From IMG/VR virus record IMGVR_UViG_3300031994_000056: a stretch of DNA of 64,000 nucleotides; one strand, given 5' to 3'. Position numbers and translations under genes: made by a program. Below are positions 26,797 to 34,365 of the stretch, one piece after another (positions within the stretch are counted from its first letter, which is position 1; the number at the start of each line of letters is the position of its first letter). This DNA is from a virus (taxonomy: Duplodnaviria > Heunggongvirae > Uroviricota > Caudoviricetes). The notes under the pieces were generated by a model. That model saw only the letters and a list, made by a program, of their open reading frames with translations, was not told the origin of the DNA and ran no database searches.

Positions 26797-26880
26797 TTCT
26801 TGGGAAGGAGGCAGACCCAAGCGTAGCACTTGAGAGTAGTTCACTCTCATCCAAGCCTTAGTTTGCTTGGTGTGTCTGCT
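26797..26880. repeat. large inverted repeat (15-bp stem, 14/15 matched) enclosing two internal hairpins
   Basis: gggaaggaggcagac ... gtctgcttccttccc; internal pairs gagag/ctctc and ccaagc/gcttgg. Confidence 0.55.
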
Positions 26881-26888
26881 TCCTTCCC

Positions 26889-26949
26889 TGTGTATAAGTA
26901 GGAAAGTTATACACAAGTTATTCACAACCTGTGGATAAGCTGTGTATAA
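26889..26949. promoter_or_regulatory. cluster of five DnaA boxes (TTATNCACA) overlapping a candidate promoter for the plus-strand small-gene array
   Basis: tgtgtataa at 26889-26897 (minus), ttatacaca at 26907-26915 (plus), ttattcaca at 26918-26926 (plus), tgtggataa at 26930-26938 (minus, perfect TTATCCACA), tgtgtataa at 26941-26949 (minus). A ttcaca -35 and tataac -10 lie among them. Confidence 0.6.
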
Positions 26950-26995
26950 CTGGATTACGATAGTAAGACTATAACTTAAGGATAGGAGGGATAAT

Positions 26996-27205
26996 ATGCC
27001 AAACATAAATAGAGTAATTGTAGTATGCAAAACATTGCTTAAGTATAAGCTAAAAGGGTTAATAGATGAACATGATGATACCATAATAACCAGTATGTTC
27101 TATCATATGGATTTAGATAGTTTAACTAGGAATGATTGGGAGTATGTAATAGAACAGTTGGTTGCAGAGTGTGTATATTTGGAATTCTGTACATGTTTAA
27201 AATAA
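26996..27205 (+). CDS. hypothetical protein, first gene of the plus-strand array
   Basis: GGAGGG ribosome-binding site; 69 aa. Confidence 0.5.
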   Translation: MPNINRVIVVCKTLLKYKLKGLIDEHDDTIITSMFYHMDLDSLTRNDWEYVIEQLVAECVYLEFCTCLK

Positions 27206-27217
27206 AGGAGGTAACCT

Positions 27218-27400
27218 ATGAATACCTATATGAAGAAAGATTCGGTGATACATTTAGATGATGCTACGATAGTAGTTAGGGAAGGCAAATGTGAAACCTG
27301 TTGTTTTTTCAATGAGTTTTCAACTGATCACTGTACTATTCGTAATAAGTGTAGAGTATCATTAGGGTTGCATTATGAGAGGCTGGAAGGAGGTGTGTGA
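27218..27400 (+). CDS. small Cys-rich array protein (CxxC), ends LEGGV
   Basis: VREGKCETCCFF motif; its stop overlaps the next ATG (GTGTGATG). Confidence 0.55.
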   Translation: MNTYMKKDSVIHLDDATIVVREGKCETCCFFNEFSTDHCTIRNKCRVSLGLHYERLEGGV

Positions 27401-27663
27401 TGATACAAATTGAAGAATGGTATATGTATGGTAAGAAGTACTACACCATTGAATATAACGGTAAAACATATATAGCTAGGAAATCAAATATGCCCTGTAA
27501 AGCTTGTGCATTCGTAAGTAATATATCACCAAGCGGATATTTTACTGATAGAGTGTATTGTAAGCTTCCTAATACACTCCGAACAAAAGAACTTATGTGT
27601 CCGCTTCACGTAGCATTTCCAAACGAGAATAAAGTATTTGTGGAAGTGATAGGAGGTGTGTGA
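27397..27663 (+). CDS. small Cys-rich array protein, ends IGGV
   Basis: PCKACAF motif; ATGA overlap. Confidence 0.55.
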   Translation: MMIQIEEWYMYGKKYYTIEYNGKTYIARKSNMPCKACAFVSNISPSGYFTDRVYCKLPNTLRTKELMCPLHVAFPNENKVFVEVIGGV

Positions 27664-27968
27664 TGGAGGACTTTAGAGAAGCATTTAAGAAGTATATAGA
27701 AGGTGTTGCTACAGAGAAAATAAATAAGATTGCGAGAAAAAGTGCGAAACGTTTTAAACAGAACCAAATACTAGAGCTTGATGGTGTGAAAGTTATGATA
27801 CAAAAAGGAGCTTGTGGGAATGGAGGATGCTACTTTAGTAGGGAAAGAACCAGTAAGATATCCGGGAAATATATAGGCAGAGTTTGTATGGCACGGTTTC
27901 ATTGTTATAAAATACTTAAGGAGCTTCATGGTAAGTATCATTTTATTTGTGTTGAAGGAGGGGTATGA
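27660..27968 (+). CDS. small Cys-rich array protein, ends EGGV
   Basis: IQKGACGNGGCYFS motif. Confidence 0.55.
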   Translation: MMEDFREAFKKYIEGVATEKINKIARKSAKRFKQNQILELDGVKVMIQKGACGNGGCYFSRERTSKISGKYIGRVCMARFHCYKILKELHGKYHFICVEGGV

Positions 27969-28150
27969 TGGCAAAATATAAGATGGGAGATAAAATAACT
28001 TATGGAAAGGCAAGACTTACAGTGGTGAAAGGAAAATGTGAGGATTGCTACTTCTCGACTCCTTATGGTTGCATGTCAGTATTTATTGAAGGCTGTGCAA
28101 GTACACTTGGGTTTGATTTGATATTCATTCCTACAAGAAAGGGGGTATAA
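27965..28150 (+). CDS. small Cys-rich array protein (family VxKGxCxxCYF), paralog 1
   Basis: MMAKYKMGDKITYGKARLTVVKGKCEDCYFS...; 61 aa, ends KGV. Confidence 0.6.
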   Translation: MMAKYKMGDKITYGKARLTVVKGKCEDCYFSTPYGCMSVFIEGCASTLGFDLIFIPTRKGV

Positions 28151-28335
28151 TGATAACAAAATATAAGATAGGTGATAGATTAACTTATGGAAAGACAAGA
28201 CTTATAGTAGTTAAAGGTAGCTGTAAGAATTGCTACTTCTCAGCCCCTCATGGTTGCATGGCAAAGTTTGCTGGAATCTGTGCAAGTACACTTGGGTTTA
28301 ATCTAAAATTTATACCTGTGGGAAAGGGGGTATGA
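28150..28335 (+). CDS. small Cys-rich array protein, paralog 2 (about 66% identical to the previous gene)
   Basis: MITKYKIGDRLTYGKTRLIVVKGSCKNCYFS...; 40 of 61 positions identical by manual alignment. Confidence 0.6.
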   Translation: MITKYKIGDRLTYGKTRLIVVKGSCKNCYFSAPHGCMAKFAGICASTLGFNLKFIPVGKGV

Positions 28336-28336
28336 T

Positions 28337-28531
28337 ATGCCAAGATATAAAGTAGGTGAAAGAATAGTTGTAGGAGCGGTTGAAGCCGTTGTAGTTCGTG
28401 GAAACTGCGAAAGTTGTTTCTTTAGTAGACATATTTTTCTATATAAAACAGAATGTATGTTGGATGAAGAAAGCTGTATAGAAGAAATCGGTTTTGGTAA
28501 CTGCTATAAAGTATTGAAAAAAGGGCTTTAG
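28337..28531 (+). CDS. small Cys-rich array protein, paralog 3
   Basis: MPRYKVGERIVVGAVEAVVVRGNCESCFFS... Confidence 0.55.
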   Translation: MPRYKVGERIVVGAVEAVVVRGNCESCFFSRHIFLYKTECMLDEESCIEEIGFGNCYKVLKKGL

Positions 28532-28576
28532 GGTTGGTCGCCTAAATGTACCTAATATATAGACCTGGAGGATGTT

Positions 28577-28948
28577 ATGAATAGAAGACTTAAAGATGTG
28601 TTTGCAGGTGCAGTAGTAAAGGTAGTAAGTAGCGGAGTTTATCGAGATAGCGGTAATAAGTACTGCGAAGTCTCAATAAACGGTAAGAAGCTCGGACAAA
28701 GATTTAATTCCTTTATCAATGTAAGATGTAAAGGGGGGTATTCGGACTTTCAAAGACAGAAACTCGTTGTTGCTTCCGATGACTTTATGAAAGATGGAAG
28801 CATACAGGTGTATGGCGTAAAGTTTGATTTGGAAGAAAGGGTTAGCCGTAAGAACGAGAAATATCTTGCCATACTTAAAGATGGTAAGAAAATCGGCTAC
28901 TATGTAAACGAAAAACAGAGGGCTTGCTTTAATAACCTTTGTTTGTAG
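28577..28948 (+). CDS. hypothetical protein
   Basis: 123 aa; GGAGG ribosome-binding site. Confidence 0.5.
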   Translation: MNRRLKDVFAGAVVKVVSSGVYRDSGNKYCEVSINGKKLGQRFNSFINVRCKGGYSDFQRQKLVVASDDFMKDGSIQVYGVKFDLEERVSRKNEKYLAILKDGKKIGYYVNEKQRACFNNLCL

Positions 28949-28957
28949 GGAGGTACC

Positions 28958-29224
28958 ATGTATAAATATATACAAAAGGAATATGATGCGTGGCGTAAAG
29001 CAGATAGAGCATTGAGAAACAAGATTATTTCATATCTGGATGGTTTGCATATGCAAATAGATATGGAACTCGTGCTTGATGGAACGGAAGAAATACTGCT
29101 GTTCGTTGAAATTAAAGAAGGTGTACTTATAACAGATCACGGTGAAAGATATTCATACTCAAGCTTCTCTACAGGAGAACTTCTTGAAGTATATGAAAAA
29201 CTGTATAAACAAGGAGGTATATAA
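28958..29224 (+). CDS. hypothetical protein, ends QGGI
   Basis: 88 aa. Confidence 0.5.
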   Translation: MYKYIQKEYDAWRKADRALRNKIISYLDGLHMQIDMELVLDGTEEILLFVEIKEGVLITDHGERYSYSSFSTGELLEVYEKLYKQGGI

Positions 29225-29490
29225 TGAAACTAACGGTGTTGAAAGCTTTGGAGAACCTACCTGAAGGTCTAGAGCTGGAGTATGAAGCAGTTGAACAAAA
29301 GATTACTATCAGCACAGACTTTGCAGATAGAGAAGGGTTTGAAGTGTTTGATGCACATGTAAATGACCTTATCAGGAAATTTGAAGGTAAGGGATGTAAG
29401 GTTTATTTTGATACTATAACAAATAAAAAGTTTAACGAAGTATTACAGCATAGAAGATATGTTGCAATGAAAAAGGAGGAAAAATGTTAA
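29224..29490 (+). CDS. hypothetical protein
   Basis: 88 aa; overlapping start. Confidence 0.5.
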   Translation: MKLTVLKALENLPEGLELEYEAVEQKITISTDFADREGFEVFDAHVNDLIRKFEGKGCKVYFDTITNKKFNEVLQHRRYVAMKKEEKC

Positions 29491-29837
29491 AATTAGTAAC
29501 AAGTAACAAAGTAATTGAAGGCAGAAAGAATTGGGAAATGCATCCCGAAATAAAAGTAGGGATGAATAAGATTAAGAAATGGTTGGAAAAGAAAGCTCAA
29601 ACTAAAGAAGAAACAACTGTCTTTAGCTATAATCCAATACTGTTTCGCATCGGACTATTACTTAAACTTAAAGGCGAGAAAGTTAGTTTCGCCTATATTG
29701 GAAGTAATAAAGAAGAGGAAGTAATGGTAGATGATTTAGGTTACTTTGTGAATTGTCCAAGTCATTTCTTGGATATGTATGAAGATATTCAAAGGGAAAT
29801 AATAGATATAAGGACTGAAAGAAAAGGAGGTATGTAA
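29484..29837 (+). CDS. hypothetical protein, ends KGGM
   Basis: 117 aa. Confidence 0.5.
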   Translation: MLKLVTSNKVIEGRKNWEMHPEIKVGMNKIKKWLEKKAQTKEETTVFSYNPILFRIGLLLKLKGEKVSFAYIGSNKEEEVMVDDLGYFVNCPSHFLDMYEDIQREIIDIRTERKGGM

Positions 29838-30611
29838 ATGGGTATACAAATAGAACCAAAGTTTTTTCATACCGCAATTGACTATGGTAATTTCGCCTTG
29901 TTTGATAAGTTACTTAATGAAGTTGACCCATCTAACTGGAAGAACCAAAAGAAGATGGAAATACTTTTCAGGTTTCACTATCCAAATAGTAAATATGTAA
30001 GTTATTTTACCGTTGAAAGATATAAGAACCTAATAAACACTCTTAAGATAAATTTAAATAGTACTTGCTATGGATACACACCGTTAACCCATCTCATGGG
30101 TTGGTATGATAGCTGGCGTATAAAAGAAACTGAACACGGTAAAGGACTTATGGATTATTTACTTAGCCGTAATGATGTTGAAATTAACAAACCAGACAGA
30201 AATCGAGGCTTTCCTATACTTCAATGCTATCTTATGAGTGTTAATAGTGATGAGGAGTTTAATAAAGAATTTATTGAAAGACTGAAAGGTCTTGGAGCAA
30301 ATCTTAATTGGTGTGATAAGAGAGGTCAGAATTTATTACATAAGATATGTAATTTCAATTACTATTATGGTAATAGAAATACAAGGTTATTGAAATATTT
30401 GATATTTAGCACAGACATTAACTTTGAAAAGAAGGATAAGGATGGTAATACTCCTTTAGACTTAGCTGAGAAATCCATTTTAGATGAGGAAATAGCATAT
30501 CAAAAAGCTATGGCACAACAATCAAGGTATTACACTCCTACAAGAGAGTCAGTTGAAAAGGCAATTGCAATAAGAGATATACTTAAGAGCAGAATAAAAG
30601 GAGGTATATAA
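29838..30611 (+). CDS. ankyrin-repeat-like protein, ends KGGI
   Basis: Recurring ankyrin-like units: GYTPLTHLMGW, RGFPILQCYLMS, RGQNLLHKICN and DGNTPLDLAEKS. Confidence 0.45.
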   Translation: MGIQIEPKFFHTAIDYGNFALFDKLLNEVDPSNWKNQKKMEILFRFHYPNSKYVSYFTVERYKNLINTLKINLNSTCYGYTPLTHLMGWYDSWRIKETEHGKGLMDYLLSRNDVEINKPDRNRGFPILQCYLMSVNSDEEFNKEFIERLKGLGANLNWCDKRGQNLLHKICNFNYYYGNRNTRLLKYLIFSTDINFEKKDKDGNTPLDLAEKSILDEEIAYQKAMAQQSRYYTPTRESVEKAIAIRDILKSRIKGGI

Positions 30612-30851
30612 ATGAATACAAAGGAGTCTATAGAAGATAGATTAGAGGGATTGGAGAAACAAGTCCTTATGTTAAGCGTTGCAATGGGACTTGTGATGAA
30701 GATTATGCGAGATAAAGGTATGGTAGATTTAGATCAACTCGCAAAAGATGCAGCAGAAGATGTGTTAAAGAAAGAAAATGACTCTGGTAAGGAGGCAGAG
30801 TACGAAGATGTGCTTAAGAAGTTTGAAGTAAAGAAGGAAAATTTAAATTAG
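30612..30851 (+). CDS. hypothetical acidic protein
   Basis: 79 aa. Confidence 0.45.
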   Translation: MNTKESIEDRLEGLEKQVLMLSVAMGLVMKIMRDKGMVDLDQLAKDAAEDVLKKENDSGKEAEYEDVLKKFEVKKENLN

Positions 30852-30867
30852 AAAGGAGAGAAAGTAA

Positions 30868-31218
30868 ATGGAAGTACTAGTAATTATTTTAGCAGTAGTA
30901 GTGTTAATTGAAGTGGTTGTATTCTCTGGTTGGCAAGTTCATCAAATCAATAAAAGGATAGATGGTATCATGAAAATCTTTGATACACAATTCAGGATAC
31001 TTGAAATTATTAAATCCAAAATAAAAGGGATTGATGATGATATCTTGCATGTAGCAGAGGGTTTGGATGCAACTCAAGATGTATTACAAAGTTCAATGGA
31101 TATTCATGATAGGTTCGTTGACTTTGTAAAAGAGAAATGTATAATGAAAAAAGAAAAAATTACTAAAGAAGTAAAGAAGAAAAGTAAAAGAGGAAGACCT
31201 AAAAAAGATACTAAGTAG
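30868..31218 (+). CDS. membrane-anchored protein with a basic AT-hook-like tail
   Basis: N-terminal TM helix; C-terminal KKSKRGRPKKDTK. Confidence 0.45.
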   Translation: MEVLVIILAVVVLIEVVVFSGWQVHQINKRIDGIMKIFDTQFRILEIIKSKIKGIDDDILHVAEGLDATQDVLQSSMDIHDRFVDFVKEKCIMKKEKITKEVKKKSKRGRPKKDTK

Positions 31219-31229
31219 TATTGTATTTT

Positions 31230-31254
31230 GCTCCCTTGCTAAATGTAAGGGAGC
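31230..31254 (+). terminator. hairpin that splits the array (possible terminator/attenuator)
   Basis: gctccctt-gctaaatgt-aagggagc 8-bp stem; no clean U-tract. Confidence 0.3.
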
Positions 31255-31284
31255 TTAATAGAATATTATCTAAGGAGAAAACCT

Positions 31285-31521
31285 ATGACTAAATATGTTG
31301 AAGGTAGTATAATAAAAACTAAGTCAGGTGTATCATTAGTTGTACGCAAAAAAGTATGTAAGAAAACCTGTACACATGATTGTTATTTTGGAAAGTATAT
31401 TGACAGTTCCAACTACTATTGCAAAGTTGTATTATATACACATGAGTTAGGAGAGGATGACCAATGTGGGTTTGTTATTCCTGAGGGTTGTTGCTTCAAA
31501 ATACTTAAAGGAGGAATTTAA
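31285..31521 (+). CDS. small Cys-rich array protein, ends KGGI
   Basis: VRKKVCKKTCTHDCYF...CGFVIPEGCCF. Confidence 0.55.
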   Translation: MTKYVEGSIIKTKSGVSLVVRKKVCKKTCTHDCYFGKYIDSSNYYCKVVLYTHELGEDDQCGFVIPEGCCFKILKGGI

Positions 31522-31523
31522 TT

Positions 31524-31802
31524 ATGATAATAACAAAATTAAATAATACAACCTTCATTTGTGAAAGCTCTGTAAATAATGTTAAGTATTTAATTAGATT
31601 TGTAAAAGGTGTTGATCACTGTCAACATTATTGTTGCTTTGCTTCTTATTGTACTAAACATGGAGCATTTGGTAATACAAAAGCTATGTTAAAATATTTT
31701 GGATTAGAAAATACTTGGTGTGGCGAGTTATTTAATAAACTTAAAACTGATACTAACCAAGGTTTTTTACGCTACTTTGTTAAACTAGAAGGAGGTTTAT
31801 GA
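31524..31802 (+). CDS. small Cys-rich array protein, ends EGGL
   Basis: HCQHYCCFASYC. Confidence 0.5.
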   Translation: MIITKLNNTTFICESSVNNVKYLIRFVKGVDHCQHYCCFASYCTKHGAFGNTKAMLKYFGLENTWCGELFNKLKTDTNQGFLRYFVKLEGGL

Positions 31803-32173
31803 TGAATGATAAAATAGTAGAAGATATTAGAGGTAATAAGTTTAAGGTCATAGATAGTAAAGAGAATATAGAGTATAGTTCTTGTAAGAAATGTGACGCA
31901 AATTATGGTTCTGATTATTGTTCATTATGTAATTATGATTGTAGTAGTACTGTTGGTGAATATCTAAAGTTAATAGAGGAAGATAAGAGATTAAAGTTAG
32001 GAAGTACAATAAATATAAATGATATATCCTACGTAGTTACAAAAGGAAATTGTGAAGACTGTGAGTTTAATGAACCAAAAATATCTGATGAGAGTCCTTA
32101 TCGTTGCAAACTAAAAGGTTATCATTGTAATGGAAAAGGAATATGCTTAAAGCATTTTAATGGAGGTATATAA
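31799..32173 (+). CDS. small Cys-rich array protein with two CxxC modules, ends NGGI
   Basis: SCKKCDANYGSDYCSLCNYDC ... VTKGNCEDCEF ... CKLKGYHCNGKGIC. Confidence 0.55.
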   Translation: MMNDKIVEDIRGNKFKVIDSKENIEYSSCKKCDANYGSDYCSLCNYDCSSTVGEYLKLIEEDKRLKLGSTININDISYVVTKGNCEDCEFNEPKISDESPYRCKLKGYHCNGKGICLKHFNGGI

Positions 32174-32388
32174 TGTATAAGATAAATACCAGAGATAAAG
32201 TTAGAGTGCTTAAGTTAGGTGAGACTGTTTGGCTTGATGGTAAGATAGTTCAAGTTGCAAATGTACCTTGTTTTAAATGTTGTTTCTTTAAACTTGGATT
32301 TTGTACAATGTCATTTCCTTGTGATGAACTTGTAGGTAAATATAACTTATATAGATTTGCATTTATAGAAATTAAAGGAGGTGTTTAA
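32173..32388 (+). CDS. small Cys-rich array protein, ends KGGV
   Basis: VANVPCFKCCFFKLGFC. Confidence 0.55.
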   Translation: MYKINTRDKVRVLKLGETVWLDGKIVQVANVPCFKCCFFKLGFCTMSFPCDELVGKYNLYRFAFIEIKGGV

Positions 32389-32707
32389 TATGAGAACATT
32401 TCCAATAGAATACTTTTTTAAACCAGAGAGTTTAAAGAAAGGTGATAGGATTAAACTAAGTGAAACTGATTTTATTCTGATTGCAGATACAATTCAATTA
32501 GAGTCTGATAAGATAATATCAATGGCTCAAGATTGGTGTGGAAAATATTGTGACTTAAATAACAATGGATGTGTCACAATAATAAAAAACTATATGTCCA
32601 ATGAAGAATATGAAAACAATAAATGGAAAACATGTCATATGTATTTTTATGATGAAAATGATATAGCTTGGGGACATGTATATAAGTTAATTAAAGGAGG
32701 TATTTAA
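32381..32707 (+). CDS. small array protein, ends KGGI
   Basis: 108 aa; CGKYCDLNNNGC. Confidence 0.5.
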   Translation: MFNMRTFPIEYFFKPESLKKGDRIKLSETDFILIADTIQLESDKIISMAQDWCGKYCDLNNNGCVTIIKNYMSNEEYENNKWKTCHMYFYDENDIAWGHVYKLIKGGI

Positions 32708-32708
32708 A

Positions 32709-32960
32709 ATGGCATTTAAAAAAGGTCATGTTATTAAAACAAAAGTAGGTTCGTTTATAGTTGACTATATTGGATATGATACGATAGGTAAATTTATAAA
32801 AGTTTCTAATTGTCGTAAATGTGATGTATTTAAAATTATGTCTAAACAAAAACAACAAAGTTGTAATACAATTTTAAATGTATTACTTAAAATACCATCA
32901 GAATTAGGATGTCCTTTATCAATGGGATATGGGTTTAAAAAAATTAAAGGAGGTATGTAA
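32709..32960 (+). CDS. small Cys-rich array protein, ends KGGM
   Basis: VSNCRKCDVFKI. Confidence 0.5.
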   Translation: MAFKKGHVIKTKVGSFIVDYIGYDTIGKFIKVSNCRKCDVFKIMSKQKQQSCNTILNVLLKIPSELGCPLSMGYGFKKIKGGM

Positions 32961-33208
32961 TGAAAGTTAAAGAAGAAATCCCATCTAAAATATTAAAGGT
33001 TGAAACATTAAAAAACGATAACCGTGTTGCAGTTATAACGCATGATATTAATAAAAATAGATGTAGTGAATTGTGTTACTTTAAAGTATATAAACAACAT
33101 CAAGGAGGTTGGAGATGCCATCATGAAAGAGTACAAAAAGAATTAGGATATTGTTCAACTGGAGCTGGAAGCCACTACATTAAAATAAATCTAAAAGGAG
33201 GTATATAA
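32960..33208 (+). CDS. small Cys-rich array protein, ends KGGI
   Basis: CSELCYFKVY...WRCHH...GYC. Confidence 0.5.
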   Translation: MKVKEEIPSKILKVETLKNDNRVAVITHDINKNRCSELCYFKVYKQHQGGWRCHHERVQKELGYCSTGAGSHYIKINLKGGI

Positions 33209-33211
33209 ATA

Positions 33212-33352
33212 ATGACAGAACAAACAGTAGTTAATACATTAGCAATAATGGGGTTAGTTGGATTTGGTTTAGCATTAGTAACTCTATTTATTTGGATGTG
33301 GGTTTTGGCGTATGACTTTTATAAAACAATAATAAAGGAGGGTGAGAAATGA
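33212..33352 (+). CDS. 46-aa membrane peptide (absent from the ORF track)
   Basis: MTEQTVVNTLAIMGLVGFGLALVTLFIWMWVLAYDFYKTIIKEGEK; its stop overlaps the next ATG (ATGA). Confidence 0.4.
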   Translation: MTEQTVVNTLAIMGLVGFGLALVTLFIWMWVLAYDFYKTIIKEGEK

Positions 33353-33957
33353 AAAACTTAAATGAAGTAATGTTGTACTTGGACTGTCCAAGGAAGTACA
33401 GTTTTGAAAAAGTTGGATTGAAAAAAGGAAAAAGTGACAACGATAAAATGAAACAAAAAGTAAAGGAGGCAATTAGTAAATATCTGGAAACAGAAATGAC
33501 TGACTTGCAATTTGCAGATGAAGTTGGTACAATATCACATGGCAAGACAGTTGTAAAGGTCGATGGTTTATATAATCTAATTAAAGAGAATAAGGATAAG
33601 CTCTTAGATAAAGATTATATATTGACAGTTGTTCTTAAGACACCCACAGATGGATATGAAAAAAGCTTGTATTATAATATCCATCAAGTAATTAATTGTG
33701 AGAATAAAGAGTTAAAGTTCAATGTAATTGTTCTTAATGTTAATCCAAAGTTAGAACAGATTATATTAAAACCAAGAACAGAAGCACAGGTAAAAGAAAT
33801 AAATGAGCTTGTGAAATCTGTTGATAGGTTAATTGATATGGTAGAAAAGGAACAGCTTGTGTACATCAAACGACCTAACAACATAACTTGTAGTAGTTGT
33901 GTTTACAATGCAGAATGTAAACCAATATGTTTTACAAGGGAGGTTAAGGATGAGTAA
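33349..33957 (+). CDS. Cas4/RecB-family PD-(D/E)xK nuclease with an Fe-S cluster cysteine signature
   Basis: N-terminal LYLDCPRKYSF plus C-terminal CSSCVYNAECKPIC gives the Cas4-type C...CxxC...C pattern; internal VKVDGL / VVLKT. Confidence 0.55.
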   Translation: MKNLNEVMLYLDCPRKYSFEKVGLKKGKSDNDKMKQKVKEAISKYLETEMTDLQFADEVGTISHGKTVVKVDGLYNLIKENKDKLLDKDYILTVVLKTPTDGYEKSLYYNIHQVINCENKELKFNVIVLNVNPKLEQIILKPRTEAQVKEINELVKSVDRLIDMVEKEQLVYIKRPNNITCSSCVYNAECKPICFTREVKDE

Positions 33958-34123
33958 TATAAGTGAAACACTCAAGAAAGAATTAAATGAGTTAAAACAA
34001 ACGGAACTTAATATTCAAAAGAAAAAAGATGAACTTGTATCTTTAATTGATAGTCATTTAGAGTCTGTAAAAAAAGAAAGGATGCAAGCTGAAAAGATTT
34101 ACAAATCTTTAATAAGGAGGTAA
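33950..34123 (+). CDS. hypothetical coiled-coil protein (start moved to the ATG after GGAGG)
   Basis: MSNISETLKKELNELKQTELNIQKKKDELV... Confidence 0.4.
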   Translation: MSNISETLKKELNELKQTELNIQKKKDELVSLIDSHLESVKKERMQAEKIYKSLIRR

Positions 34124-34348
34124 GTGATGACAAATGATAATGAAATAGTAAAACAAATGAAGCAATTAAGAAAAGAAGTAGATGGATTGTTACTTAATAT
34201 TGATGCTTGGTTATCAAACGTAAAAATATTAGGTAATCAATGTGCAAGTACAGATAGACATATTGAAGGTATAATTGATATCGGTACAAATAAAGTAGGT
34301 AAGTTAGTTAAAAAGATAAGCCGTCTATATGACGGAAATTTTAAATAA
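34124..34348 (+). CDS. hypothetical protein
   Basis: 74 aa. Confidence 0.45.
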   Translation: MMTNDNEIVKQMKQLRKEVDGLLLNIDAWLSNVKILGNQCASTDRHIEGIIDIGTNKVGKLVKKISRLYDGNFK

Positions 34349-34365
34349 AAAGGAGGATAGTAACA

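Noticed and set aside
26680-27084. 134-aa minus-strand ORF spanning the inverted repeat and DnaA-box cluster
   Set aside because: It lies in the GC-rich non-coding island, has no ribosome-binding site, is Ser/Leu-rich as expected from GC-rich antisense, and overlaps strong regulatory motifs and the start of the plus-strand array.
27218-33208. Periodic repeated junction sequence (GAAGGAGGTGTGTGATG-like) every 200-350 bp, resembling a CRISPR-style repeat/spacer pattern
   Set aside because: The repeated unit is the Shine-Dalgarno plus stop/start junction of consecutive protein-coding genes. The spacers are full ORFs of unequal length with strong coding signal, and the repeat is short (about 10-14 nt) and degenerate.
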